A DNA stretch of 64,000 nucleotides. Origin: Camelus ferus. Lineage: Eukaryota. Below, piece after piece: positions 10,722 through 22,973 of the stretch (positions are counted from its first letter, which is position 1; every line of letters begins with the position of its first letter). A model generated the notes under the pieces. It saw nothing but the letters and a program-made list of their open reading frames with translations, was not told the DNA's origin and ran no database searches. The stretch is from NCBI RefSeq assembly GCF_009834535.1, contig NC_045697.1, positions 102,860,001 through 102,924,000 of the forward strand, in the 5' to 3' direction. The position numbers and the translations under genes are program-made.

Positions 10722-12130
10722 TAAAAGAAAGGCCTCTGAAGGTATGTTGTGTATACTTCTACCTTTAGCTATAGGAAATGGTTTGGGAAGAATAATGGCT
10801 TCGGTGGAGCCTCAGGGTACCAAATAATTACTACTAAACACTGGGCATCATAAAGATATCTTTTTATTTCCTCTAAAAGTTCTGAATCTCCTCACATCAG
10901 GGATTCTCTTGCCTGCGTGTTTAATGGCGTGCACACAATGGGGAGGGGGCAGTGCTAGGAACGTGGTCTCATCAGCTGATTTGCCTTTGATGTTGCTCTG
11001 TTTTGCGGTAAAGAGAGGCCCTGATCACAGTCTTGAAATAAAACCAGTGACCGTTTAAAGCTAGTTTTATTTTCTGAGAAAAATATAAATAAGATACATA
11101 TAAACAGGCCTCTAGTCGGTTTAGTCTTAATATCTCCTGATCCAATTGCCTTCTCTTATTTTTGTTTAATTTTTTCTTCATATATAGAAGGAGACCATTT
11201 CAATTTTTCTATCAAATAAAGTTTACACATTGATTAAGAAGCGATACACAGAGCAGCATTTTCTCAATAATTACTGCATCTTTAGATGTGGGCTTTTTAG
11301 AGTTTAAGTCATAAGTCAAAATTACTTTTAATTTTAAAGGGGTTTTTTTGGTTAGTTGATTCAACTAATTTTCTTTTTTCCTAAGCTACTTTGAGCAATT
11401 ATCCATACAAATGTACTAGCTGGAGTTTTTATTGCTAGGTTTTTTGTTTTTTTTTTTTTTTTGATGAAGAACTATTGTTGAAGTAAATAAAGTAATTGCA
11501 ATTCATTTGCTATAGTTCACATTTCAGCTCTACATCTGTTCCTGGAGAAAAGCTTGAAAAGATTGGTGGCTCTGTATTGACTATTTGCAGTCAGAAAATG
11601 TTTCAGTAGCTCTATTTACGATGTCAAAACAGATATGAGAAAAGCAAAACATTTGTTACATCAGTCAAGTTTTTGTTCTCAAGTACAACAAAGAACTGAT
11701 CTGTGTTATTATCACACAATAGACTAAGTTTTGCTTTTATTTTTCTCTCTCATTTAACTGAACTTACAAGTCATCCAGAATTCAGACTAATTTTGTACCA
11801 ATAAAGAAGCAACAAGGATAAAAGTTGCACTGTGAAAAGCACCATAAAGCTGGACCAATTAAATCAGGCCTCATTTAATGAGGAATTTGAGTTTAGAATC
11901 AACACTGTGAAAGGAAATTCTAGTGAAAGCTTATACCCTTAGAAGCTTTTTGTTTTAAATACATTCCTATGGTTTGGCCCACATGCAGAAGACAGTTAAT
12001 CTGCAGATGGGCAGACATTCACAAGGGGACGGCTCAGTGTTGCAAACAAACACATCCAATCCAAATCTTTCTGCAAATGGGCAGATTTTCACATATGGAT
12101 CCCAAGTGACAAGAACACACACTTACTTAC

Positions 12131-12256
12131 CTTTCTGATGCTTTTAAAAGACATCTTAGTTTCCTGTGACTAGTAACACTAAGGAATTGTACATGTGTTT
12201 ACTTCCACCCTGTGAGATGTTCCAGTAGCTCCATTGAATTCTTTTTTTGATTGCTA
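12131..12256 (-). other. Candidate spliced exon (non-coding or 5' UTR / first coding exon)
   Basis: Minus strand: branch-like CTGAC + tttctttttcatttCAG acceptor, and an AAG|GTAAGT donor. No frame is open through the exon; a terminal ATG gives MSFKSIRK. Confidence 0.35.
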
Positions 12257-12979
12257 CTGAAATGAAAAAGAAAGTCAGACGATCAGACACATTTTTGTCC
12301 TTGGAAAACACTTTTTATTACAATCTTTACTCTTAGAAGCTAGAAAGAAATTCAAATGCATTTAAGTCATCAAGGGCCACACCAGAAAATAGAAAACTTT
12401 TCTGCTCAGAGGGGCTGAAAATTAATGGCAAATCCATAACTTCCCTACTCCCTTGCTACCCTCTCTCCATGTTCTCCAGTAAAGAAAACAAGCTAGTCTC
12501 TTTCTCAAAAGCTGGAGGGCAACACTGAAGAGAGCCTCAGAGAGCAGAAAAACACTCCCCCCCAATAGACACTAAGAAAGTGCCTAAATTCAACAATCCC
12601 TGGGCGCATGAAGCCATTTGTGCACCACTGTTTTCCTATGTGGATTTTTCTTATCTCTTTCCTACTTAAAACATGGAGTGGGCAGAATGTTTTAATCCTG
12701 AGTTTTTACTGTTGTAACCTAGGAACAATAATTTGAAGCTTCTAAGTATGTAAGTGTCACCATGGAGACAAAAAGAAATCTCTCCGAGATATGCTTCTGC
12801 CTGGAGCTTATCACTAAAAAAAGGATGTCAAACTCAAAGTATGAGTAGACTTGTGGACTGCTGAGTTAGGTGAACCTTTGGTCTTTTCCTAGTTCTGAAA
12901 ATTGACTTTAAAATTTTTTACTTTTTTAGTTTTAATTTATTGGGGAATATTATTAGTATATAATGAAAATAGATTTTGA

Positions 12980-13562
12980 AATGCAAGTTGGTATATAAAA
13001 TGGTGTAACCTCTATGGGGAACAATTTGCAAATCATCATCAAAATTACAGTTATGTATATTCATTTATGCATAAGCAGGTCTTCTGGGAATTTATCCTAC
13101 AGATACCTATAGCATATACATATGTGCTAAATAACACATACATGAGGGTATTCATAGTGACATTTTTTGTGACAGTTAAAGCCTGGAAACAGCTTACATT
13201 TCTATTAATGGGGCACTGGTTAAAATAAAGTATGAAATACTGTGCAACCATATTGATATAGAATGAACTGCAAGATATGCTATGGGGCAAAAATAGCAAC
13301 TACAGTGTACAATGTGCTACTGTTTGTGTCCCCAGGAGGGGTAACATGCATATTGATTTGTTTGTATGTTGTTTGTGTGTATATAACACATCTTTGGATG
13401 GATTTGCCAGAAGGTGCTAACGTTGGTTTCCTCATGAGGAGTGGGACTCGGTGACCGGGATACAGGGGTGGGAGGGAGTCCTTTCACTGTGTACCTTTTA
13501 GAAACTTGGAATTTGAACCATGTAAATGTACTATTTGAAAAATAGATAAACTTAAAATGAAA
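12980..13562 (+). mobile_element. L1ME-type 3' region
   Basis: ctgggaatttatcctacagata...ggggtgggagggagtcctttcactgtgtaccttt...gaatttgaaccatgtaaatgta. Confidence 0.8.
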
Positions 13563-13754
13563 GCAAACTCTCTCTCTCTCTATATATATATATACACACA
13601 TAGATACACAGGTAAACAAAACTGTTCACTGACCCACACAATCTCGTTGGTTCTACCTGCATATTCAGGACTGTCATAACATCTCTGCCTTTAATCTTGT
13701 ATAAAAAGATTTTCTAACGTGAAAAACGTATGTTCTGGAAAATGTATTAAAATA

Positions 13755-13960
13755 GTAATAGCTAACTGAACATATGCTGTGGGCCAGGCGGTACACTCAG
13801 CCCATCACATACATGTTCTCATCTAATTTTCACAACTCCAGAAGATGGAGACCCTTCTTGTCTTAATGTTACAGAGGAGGACATTGATGTAACACAGCTA
13901 CAATGCACACCCAAGTGTTACTGACTAAAAAGCTTGTGTTTAATCACTCCACCACCCTGT
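13755..13960 (-). mobile_element. MIR SINE
   Basis: aatagctaactgaacat...gggccagg...tctcatctaattttcacaac...ttacagaggaggacattga. Confidence 0.65.
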
Positions 13961-14964
13961 TGGTCTTTTCTTCTTTCAATATGCTTAAATTCTTCAAAGA
14001 CTTTTGGCTGTACATCAACTCACTAAAATTGGGTAAGTAGAAAAATAAATGTATAGGAATTATTTGGCAACTACTTACCTCATATGATCAGTTAAAAAAC
14101 AAAAAAAAAAAACGCTGTTCCAGAATAGAGGCTAAATATGTCGGCTGCATTCTTGTATGCCAAGGCAGCGTAATGTTGAAGCCATCTGATCAAAATCGTG
14201 TCATTAAATATAATTTGTGAATAAATAGGAACTTTCAGTGAGGGTGGGATTAACCATTAAAAAAAAAAATTCTTCCTTGTTGGCTTGGTATCAAGAGGCA
14301 GACGTGAAAACATCAGGGGGCTTTGGGCCTGTGCAAATTTAAAACTTCTTAGGTTCGCTGGAATTGAGTCTTGTGTAGTTCAAGTTTCACTTAGCATTGG
14401 AAGTGCTCAACTTCGGTCTTCAAAGGATAAAGATATTTGAAAAGCACCATAGGGCTCCAAATATTTTACGCCAAACAATGCTGATTACTTAAATATAAAC
14501 AAGTCAGTAACATCTGGATTATTTGCAGCTTCACATACAGTTTTAAAGAGAAAAAAAGAAAATGCCTGGACGGATATATTGAAGGATTGGCCAAATGCAA
14601 AACTTGGGAAGACTTCTTTGGGTAAATTTGTGAACTTTCTTTCTTCAAAAGATCATCTACATTCATTGTGTAAATCAAAAGACTGAAATCTAAAAGGTCA
14701 TTTCTTTGCTGTATGTCAAGAAAAACACTCAACAATATTAAAATATTCCTGTAAATAATAACATCTTCTACATTAAAGAACTTTGCTGTTTACAAAAAGA
14801 TGAAGCTTTTTTTTTTTTTTACATTTTATAAAAAGAATAACTGTAACTTTTAGAGAAGATTACTGCAGTCCATTTTCAAGTATTTAGATGATATTAATAT
14901 CTTTTTTAAACTCCTATTCACATCCCAAAGAGCTTAAGGTAGTTTATAATGAAATAAATATACT

Positions 14965-15455
14965 ATTTCTATCAAAGTCCAGGCAAGAAAACAGAAACCA
15001 CTCAGGGTCTTTCACAGAGGGGATTTTATTTCAGAGGATGATATGTTTCAATCACAAACAAATGATGGGAAAACTGAGAAGGTGGGCATAAGACATTGGA
15101 GGCAACCCAGGGATGAGCACACAGGATGCTACAACCACCTTAGGTCAGGAAGACAAGCGAAGGAGGCAGACTTACCAAACTCTAGAAAATGGGCCTGAGC
15201 AGAATTGGGACAGGATGGGCTACCTGACAGAAATGAAACCCGGAATGTGACACAACACTTCTGCAGGTGCTGCCTGAGATGGAGTTATAAATAATTTACC
15301 TTCTCCCATCTTCTCTCCAATCTTCTGCCAGTAGCTCTCATGGGTTGACCTACCTGGAAAAAACCAGGGAAAGAAAGAACCGGGAGATTAGTTCCCTCTG
15401 ATGTAGAGTTGAGTAGAGCACAGGAAGGGCAGAGAATGGATTCCAGAGCGTAGCC
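14965..15455 (-). mobile_element. Ancient LTR (LTR78/79-like)
   Basis: gtccaggcaagaaaacagaaaccactc...ccaatcttctgccagt...gggcagagaatggat. A related element lies at 29230-29575. Confidence 0.55.
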
Positions 15456-15459
15456 TTTT

Positions 15460-16010
15460 TTGTACTCAGCATCCATTCTTACCCTTGGACCAGCTCAAGA
15501 GCAACTTCGTGATTCTGCCTAGCATGAGGCCACTATCCATCATGCAAAGACACTGACAGCTTCAGGAGACACAAAGTCCTACTAGCCATTGTGTCCATCT
15601 CAAGGTTCTCCAGGTGATATGCAATCCCGCTTGGATGTGGCTCCTTGTGGTCCTGGTAACCCATCAACTTAACTGTAAAATTAAGCACTACCAATTCTCA
15701 TTCAGTGTAGTGGGGAAGAGAAAGGGAAAAAATCAGAAAGAGAAAGAAAAGTCTGATGTATGTATGTACATATATACAGATTATGTATATATCTTATGCG
15801 GGTGAGTGTGTATTTTTTTTTAAAGACTTGGCTGCTATGATCACTATTTCTGTAACCAAGGGTCAAGGGTTATGTTTATTACTTCCTTCACCACCCATTT
15901 TATAATCCTCTTGTTCTCATCCAGCACCTTGATTGTTTGGTATTTTTTACCTAGTTGGATGACTACAACCTTTGGTCCATACTAGTCCAGCCTTTATTGG
16001 GTTGTTTTAT
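15460..16010 (-). mobile_element. ERVL-type internal fragment adjoining the LTR
   Basis: catccattcttacccttgg; tcactatttctgtaacca...acttccttcaccacccatt...ctcatccagcacct...ttttacctagttggatgac, typical of an antisense ERVL-int 3' region. Confidence 0.45.
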
Positions 16011-16986
16011 GTTAGTGCTGGATCATACTTTGCTGTTCTCTCCCTGGGGCATGATGGCATCTGACTCTGGTCATGGGCTGAGAAGCAATAGCTGCAAGGC
16101 AGGAAAGATTGGTAATTAAGTCATGCAAGACCGCTGTTCTTCTCTCCAGCAAACTTGGGAAGCTCTGTCATCGGAAGACTTGAGGAAAGATCATAGGTCC
16201 TGTTTAGCTCTTTCTCTACCCCTGAACTGCAGCCACAGATGCCAGCCTTATTTTATATTCCACACTGAATCATGTGTGCCTCTCAGGTTGTTCTCACAAA
16301 TGACCTTCTCACTGCCCCAATGATTGAAACAGTGTTGTAGAATGAAGCAAACGTGGGGATCAAAATTGTTGGGGGGCACTAAGAGGCAAGGAATAACTTG
16401 TATGAGACAGATCCCCTTGCAGAATGGTCTTCCAGAAAGAAGAGTTGGCTTCCTGCAAAGTTTCATTGAAACTGATTACAGCTTAATGCATAAAGGCTCT
16501 GGCCAATGACAAGTGTTGGACCCAGATTCTTCCATCCTGATCACACCAAGGAGTGGACTGGTGCTTCTCCAGCTGTGACTGTTTAAAGGGCTGAGTCATG
16601 CAACCAGCTCATCACATCATAGAACTTCAAGGCTTAGATCCCACTGCCCATTGCATGTCAGGAGATAAGGGGACAATGCTGAACTAACAGGGTAGAGCTA
16701 GAACCAAATTTCACACAGCTAGATTTTCCCAGGTTCTGATCATGCCCAGTGGTTGGGTAAAGGGCTGATCCCTAATAATGCAGCTTGAAAGTCTCATAGC
16801 CCAAGGGTGGGGGTCCTTCTCCAAAGCTGATTCAACCAGAAGTCTCTGCACTGCCCCAGAAGTATGGGCCATGGGAGGATCTGTACTCCTGAGACTTCTG
16901 GTTCCATGATTCTTCCCCTGTAACTGCAACTCTCTGTGTGTGCTACATGGTCATTTTTCTTTGTTTTCTCAACACCCATCTTGAGG

Positions 16987-17046
16987 CCTCTGTTCTGATT
17001 TGCATATTGACTTGCCTATTGATTTCCCTCTGTTCTGATTTGCATA
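16987..17046. repeat. 20-bp exact direct repeat, each copy with an octamer motif
   Basis: cctctgttctgatttgcata at 16987-17006 and 17027-17046. Confidence 0.95.
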
Positions 17047-17204
17047 ACTCTAACCACAGAGTTATTTCTCAAGTGTTTTTCTCAGATTGAATACAGGGGT
17101 GATCTCAGATTCTCAGAATCTCTGATTACAACTTTCTTTCCCAGTTGGCCAATTTTTTTTTAAATCTATGTAAATTTACCTCAAGAGTTTCAGTTCTTTT
17201 TATA

Positions 17205-17800
17205 GTAATAGAGAGATGTTATTCCACTAATTTCTAGCTTCTGATATCACAGATTTGAAGCCAGATAGCAGTTTGTCTTTCTTCCTTTGGAAGGAAAATC
17301 TTTTTCTGACTGGAAGCATTTATGATTGTCTTAAAAATCCTTGGAGTTTCAAGTTTACCAGAATATGCCTAGGAATGTATCTTTCCTTATTAAAGCCATC
17401 TGGGATTCAGTGAGCCCTTTCAGTTTGCATGTCTTTCTATAGCTCAAGGAAATTTTTCTTCGTGAGGTTTAACTACTCCCTTTTTTCCCATTGTTTCTTT
17501 CTGTTGCCCTATAGAATGCCTGTTTTTCATATGTTGGGTCTTTGGAACCTGTCTTCCTTATCACTTCCTTAATGCTTTCCATCCCTTTGTATTTTTGTTC
17601 TATGCTTTGAGATCTCTTTTACTTGACCTTCAGACCAATAATTTGGGTCTTTAAACATTTTTTCTTTGTATTAGTATGCTGAATTCCTAGCCCATCTGTG
17701 CTGTTCATGAAACTCTCTTAGAGTTTTCATTATATTTTTACTTCTCCTCCAGCAGTTCTCTTTGAATAAGGAATTGTTCTGAGTATGCTGTTTATTCATC
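17205..17800 (-). mobile_element. Ancient L1M/HAL1 ORF1-region fragment
   Basis: ttctagcttctgatat...tccttggagtttcaagtttaccagaatatgcctagg...cagtgagccctttcagt...ctcaaggaaattttt. Confidence 0.65.
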
Positions 17801-17989
17801 CTCTCCCTGGATGCTGGACCTCGGTATATTGACCTTCTTCCCAGGGTTCTACCTATCTTTGGCAACCACACTTTCCATAGGAACTATGGGTTTTAGATGC
17901 TGGCATCGGTGTTCTCTAGTGCAGCTCCTTAGGCTCCCATCCAGCTCAGAAAGGAGAAGGACCTGCAGGATCCCCCTCCCAACCAGGGG

Positions 17990-18205
17990 CTGTGTTCATT
18001 ATCGGCCCCACTTCTTCATCCTTTCCTATATCCATGCCCTGTAATGTTGGCGACACCTTCCTATTCTGGATGGCTCTTCCTGCCTCAGAACTTTATACAG
18101 CTTTTAACCACGTGACTTATTTTGATCAAAGGGCTGTTTACAAGCAGAGGCTTGAAAAAGTGCATGCATGGTTCCACTTGCTGTCTGGTTCCTTTGCCTT
18201 CAGGG
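17990..18205 (+). mobile_element. MLT1-type LTR fragment
   Basis: cttcttcatcctttcctatatccatgccct...ccacgtgacttattttgatcaa...agcagaggcttgaaaaagtgc. Confidence 0.55.
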
Positions 18206-18414
18206 TGGGACTGTCTCTGCGCTAACCTGGGGAATGATGGGACACAGGGAGCTGAGGTGTGTCATCCAAATGACCCACCAAACAACTTCCCATCTCATTT
18301 CAGGATGTTCATAAAGTCTGAAAACACAGGCTAATATAGATAATGCTATCAAATGTCTTTAGTTTGTAAAAAATAAAATAGTTATTTATGTTTCTAGCCG
18401 TCACGGGCATTTTT

Positions 18415-19270
18415 GTCCAGTAAAAGTCAAAGTCCTTATGATGATCTCCAAGGAAGCCCTATAGGAATGCCTACTTTTCCCACCTCTCTGAAGTCTCTGA
18501 TTTTCCTTCTGGCTCTTTCGGGTCCAGGCTCAATGGCATCCGTGCTGTTCTTCCTCAAACTTGGGTGCTCTCCTGCCTCAGGGCCTTTGCATGTGTCTGG
18601 AATGCCCTTCCCCTTTTACCCAGATACCCAAATGCATGGCTCACTCCCTCTATTCCTTCATATCTCCTCAGAGGTCACCTTCCCTCAACATCCTACTTGT
18701 TCCTGTCCAGCACTCTCTATTCTTTTTCTGTTTTATTTTTCTCTATAGCACTTAACTAGCATACACTACATTTTACTTATTTATTGATTGAATTATTGGT
18801 TTTAAATTTTTTATTGAAGTGCAGTTGCTTTACAATATCAGTTTCAGGTATACAGCAAAGTGATTCAGTTACACATATACATACTTATACATATATATAT
18901 TCTTTTCAGATTCTTTTCCAATATATGTTATTACAAGAAATAGAATATAGTTCCCTGTGTTATATTGTAAGTCCTTGTTGATAATCTATTTTATATATAG
19001 TAATATGTGTCCATTAATCTCCAACCCCTAATTTACCCCTCCCCACACTGTCCTCTTTGGTAACCATAGTTTGTTTTCTATGTCCTTGAGTCTGTTTTTG
19101 GTTTGTAAATAGAATTTGTTATCATTTTTTTTTAGATTCCACATACAAGTGATATCAGATGATGTTTGTCTTTCTCTGTCTGACTTACTTCACTCAATAT
19201 GATCTCTAGGTCCATCCATGTTGCTGCAAATGGCGTTATTTCATTCTTTTGTATGGCTGAGTAATATTCC

Positions 19271-19304
<34 letters not shown>

Positions 19305-19450
19305 CACTTATTTGTCTTGTTTGCTCCCTTCCTCACTAGATTGTAAATTCTCTGAAGGCAGGATTTTTGTCTGTTTTTGTTTTCTGCTGTATCTCTAATA
19401 CCTAGACTGTACTTAGTAAATATTTATTGAATTGAACAAAGCAATCAATA
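18415..19450 (+). mobile_element. L2 3' region, interrupted by L1
   Basis: cctgcctcagggcctttgca...ctggaatgcccttccc; resumes with ctagattgtaaattctctgaaggcagg...agtaaatatttattgaattgaa. Confidence 0.85.
18800..19302 (-). mobile_element. Cetartiodactyl L1 3' end
   Basis: tttattgaagt...gtttcaggtatacagcaaagtgattcagt...ttagattccacatacaagtgata...ccatgttgctgcaaatggc; (TG)14 at 19273-19300. Confidence 0.9.
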
Positions 19451-19989
19451 TTGCTTTGTTCTAAACATCATCTTTGGCACGGAAGCAACTGCTTATTTTT
19501 ATTGTATCAGAACAAACATTCTGTTCATCTAAAAGTTGCATTGTGTCATTTAAGTTCAAGTGAAATCCAATGGTGGCTGAAGAGGGATGGTCATTTCGGA
19601 TATAATTTATTTAATCTATCAAGGACCTGTCACTATTCTCATAGTGGTAGATATGATGCGAATTTTTAACAAATTTGAATATCCAAATAATTTTTTCTGT
19701 GAAATAAAGGGTTAATTATGTCTCAACAAAAGCCTTAAAAATTCTTAGACATTCTCAATAGATTTCTCATTAAGTTAAAACAGAATAGAGTTTTGGTCAT
19801 TAGCATTAATATGACATGAGTTATTCTGAGGCTTTACTTAAATACAATAACCTCATAATGTATTTCAAATAGAGAATTAATTCAACTTTTTCATCATCAC
19901 AAATTGTTTACACACACTTTTTTTCCAATTAACAGTGAGACATGCTTATAACTGAATGTTTGTAAAAACATACAAACAAAAATAAACAA

Positions 19990-20362
19990 GAATCTTCCCT
20001 TTTCCATTTAATTCTGCATGTCATTAAGAATTCTTCATAAATGTGGTTATAACTGCAACCACCAATCTATATGGGTGGTCCTCCATAATTTATTTATCTA
20101 TTCTTCTGTTACAGGATTTGTAAGTTATTTTTTTATTTTTCTCTGTTATAAATAAGGCTTTGATGATCATCCTTGTACATAATTCTTTGAATATATCTCT
20201 GTTATATATATTTTGGATGAAGTCTCAGATATAGAACTAATAAATCAACATTTAAGAATTTCTTGCTACATATTGTCACATTATTTTCCAGAAATATTAC
20301 ATCACTATTTACTTCCATTAACAGTGTGTTAATGCATCTCATCCTTCTTACATCAGCACTGA
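19990..20362 (-). mobile_element. L1ME-type fragment
   Basis: ccataatttatttatctattc...gttataaataaggctttgatgatcatccttgtacata...ttttacttccattaacagtgtg. Confidence 0.6.
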
Positions 20363-20364
20363 AT

Positions 20365-20810
20365 GTTTTTCTATTGTGGTGAAATACACATATTATGTTA
20401 TTGACCATTTAACCATTTTTAAGTGTACAGTTCTGTGGCATTGTGTACATTCAGATTGTTAAGCAACCATCACCACCATTCATTTCCAAAACTTTTTCAT
20501 CTTCCTAAACTGAAACTAGATATCCATGAGACAAAAACTCCCTCTCTCCCCTCTCCTCAGTCGCTAGCAACCACCATTCTACTTTCTAAGTCTATGAATT
20601 TGTATGTCCATACTCCACGTGTGTCATATACGTAGAATGATATAACAGTTGCTCTTTTGTGTCTGGCTTATTTCACTTTGCATAATGTTCTCAAGATTCA
20701 TCCATGTTGTAGCTCGTGTCAGAGTTTCCTTCCTTTTTATGTACCATATTTTGTTTATTCATTCATCTGTCAATGGACACTTGAGTTGCTTCCACCTTTT
20801 GGCTATCTGG
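20365..20810 (-). mobile_element. L1MB-type 3' end
   Basis: tattgtggtgaaatacaca...aaccatttttaagtgtacagttctgtggcatt...caaccatcaccacc...tcaagattcatccatgttgtagc. Confidence 0.85.
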
Positions 20811-20842
20811 CATTAAAATTTAAAAAGACTTTTCCCTATGTA

Positions 20843-20975
20843 CTTTTTTTTTTTTTTGAGGGTGGGCATAATTAGGTTTATTTATTTATATACATTTAGA
20901 GGAGGTACGGGGAATTGAACCCAGGACCTCATGCATGCTAAACACATGCTCTACTGTTTGAGCTATACCCTCTCC
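20843..20975 (-). mobile_element. Camelid tRNA-Ala-derived SINE (Vic-1-like)
   Basis: Reverse complement reads gagggtatagctcaa...gtagagca...gcatgaggtcctgggttcaattcccc (A and B boxes) plus poly(A). TSD cttttccYtatgta at 20829-20842 and 20976-20989. Confidence 0.9.
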
Positions 20976-22394
20976 CTTTTCCTTATGTAGTTTTAATTCT
21001 ATTTATTTGATTTATTGTAATGCTGAACACATACAGGCACACACACACACACACATTTTTTCCATCTTGATTAGTTGTTTGGATTTTAATTTTGCTTATG
21101 CTGAATTTTTGGAGAAAAACTTCATTGACCTTAATCAGTATTATATAAAATAAATATAGGAATATATTAAGCCAAGAACATCTCATTTATGTTTGTATCC
21201 AGAGTGAAAACTTTTAACGTTAAATTTTTTTTTTTTTTTTTTTTTTTGCAATTTGCCACAGCTGCCTTTAGATGGCATTAGATCCTTGGGGATCTGTTGT
21301 GGAGATTTTTGAGATATTGCATGCATACGTGTATGTTTTGACAGCTTGATGGATTTAAAATCTGATCCAAATGTTATTTGGGGCCTAGAATACAGGAGAA
21401 ATCAATACAGAAACTGAACATCCTGAGGCCACATTCTGCCTATATTCTGACTACGTTCTGTCCTCTTGCTTTTTCCTAACAGGTTTTTGCCTTGGATTAG
21501 CTAGTTTTAAAACAAAAATCTTAAAAATGTTATGAAGCTCAATGTGAGGTCCTAAGCAAAATAGAGACCACCCTCTCTCCCACACATGGTAAAAGTTGGA
21601 GCCGAAAGGGGGTTCTCTCATGTACGTAAGAAATCCTTTACATTAATTTTTTTCTGAGTCAACATTTCAGACATCAGAATTTACAGATCTGCTTGGCAGA
21701 ATGGAAGCATAAACCAAACCTCTGGCAATGAAGGCTGTGAGGAGCTGTCACCTCAGTGATTCTGATATTTGGATTTTGATGTGAAGCAATGGCATAGTCT
21801 CATTTTTGGCCACAATTTCCAAAGTTCATTTTGCTGAAAGATAGTTAAAAAAAAAAATTCTCAAGCTGCTTTAGCCCCCAGAAAAAAATGCTTTACTCTC
21901 TGGAAAAGTGAACCCTACTCTAACACATTTCACTTTGTTGGCATGGATTTGACGGAGGCCTCGGAGGTCAAGGGTTTTGCCCAGGGTCTCAGCGATGGTG
22001 ACTCTGTGGCTAGCCGCTCGTCCACTGTGTTGGAATCAGCTGGCTCCAAGATCTTTGTTTCGTCTCGCCACTAGACCACATTGTCTTCCAAGTGAAACCA
22101 ATGTTCTGCTGAAAGCCGGAAGGAAACTCTTAACTCACTAGATCGTTTGCACAAAGATTTCTTTTAAGGCAAAGGGTGGGTGGAAATAATAATAGACTTT
22201 TCCATAATCAAGTGACTTGGATCATCTCTACCTTTTGAACCATTAGCTCTTTCTTCAGAAAGTTGTTGCTGAAAATGCAAAGCCTGTTTATAAAAAGCAA
22301 CACCCTATATCATGTATGTGATAGTACTTTGAACCCTTTTAAAGGAAAAAAATGTGTTTCCATGATATCCAGGTTGGAGAGCTAACAAATTTTG

Positions 22395-22605
22395 AAAACC
22401 TGCTATGTACCAGGTGCCTCACATTTTTTATCTCAAATAATATTCACAGTAACCCACAATAACTTCATGATAAGTATGATTATCTCCATTTTATCGGTGT
22501 AGAACTGGAACTTCAGACAGATTTTAAGAAAAACTTGTTCAAGTCCACATAAGTAGTAAATGACTGAACCAAGATCGTGGTCCAGTCCCATGGACTATAT
22601 GGTGG
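22395..22605 (-). mobile_element. MIR SINE
   Basis: cctgctatgtaccagg...attatctccattttat...aacttgttcaagtccacataagtagtaaatgactgaacc. Confidence 0.75.
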
Positions 22606-22653
22606 CTATAGAAAAACAATCTATTTAGGTTTGAAACATATTTGATTGTGTCT

Positions 22654-22973
22654 GATACTGAGCAGGACCCTTGGCACCTCACCCTCTACCCCTGCCTCTT
22701 GTTTAATAGAAAAATGAAATCTCCCAGGTCTCCCTAAGCCATAGAAGAGCAGGCTGAAACAGTGGATTAGGACAAGCCTGCAGGCACTGGGGGCTGGCAA
22801 TGACTCTGACCACCTATCTCAGTGATTACCTGAGCTTACTCCCCCATTTCCCTTTAAAACTTCCATAGCTGAGCAGAATCTTTGGAGATGATTTGTGTGT
22901 GTGTGTGTGTGTGGTGGGGTGGCATTGGATCTACCAGATTTGAGGCATTCCGATTAAAAGCAACTTTCCTTTT
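22654..22973 (+). mobile_element. ERV1-type LTR, truncated after its poly(A) signal
   Basis: tgatactgagcaggaccc...ttccctttaaaac (TATA-like)...attaaaagcaactttcc; internal (TG)n at about 22893-22914. Confidence 0.6.

Noticed and set aside
14466..14735. 89-aa ORF with protein-like composition
   Set aside because: Non-ATG start, no recognisable homology and no convincing splice context.
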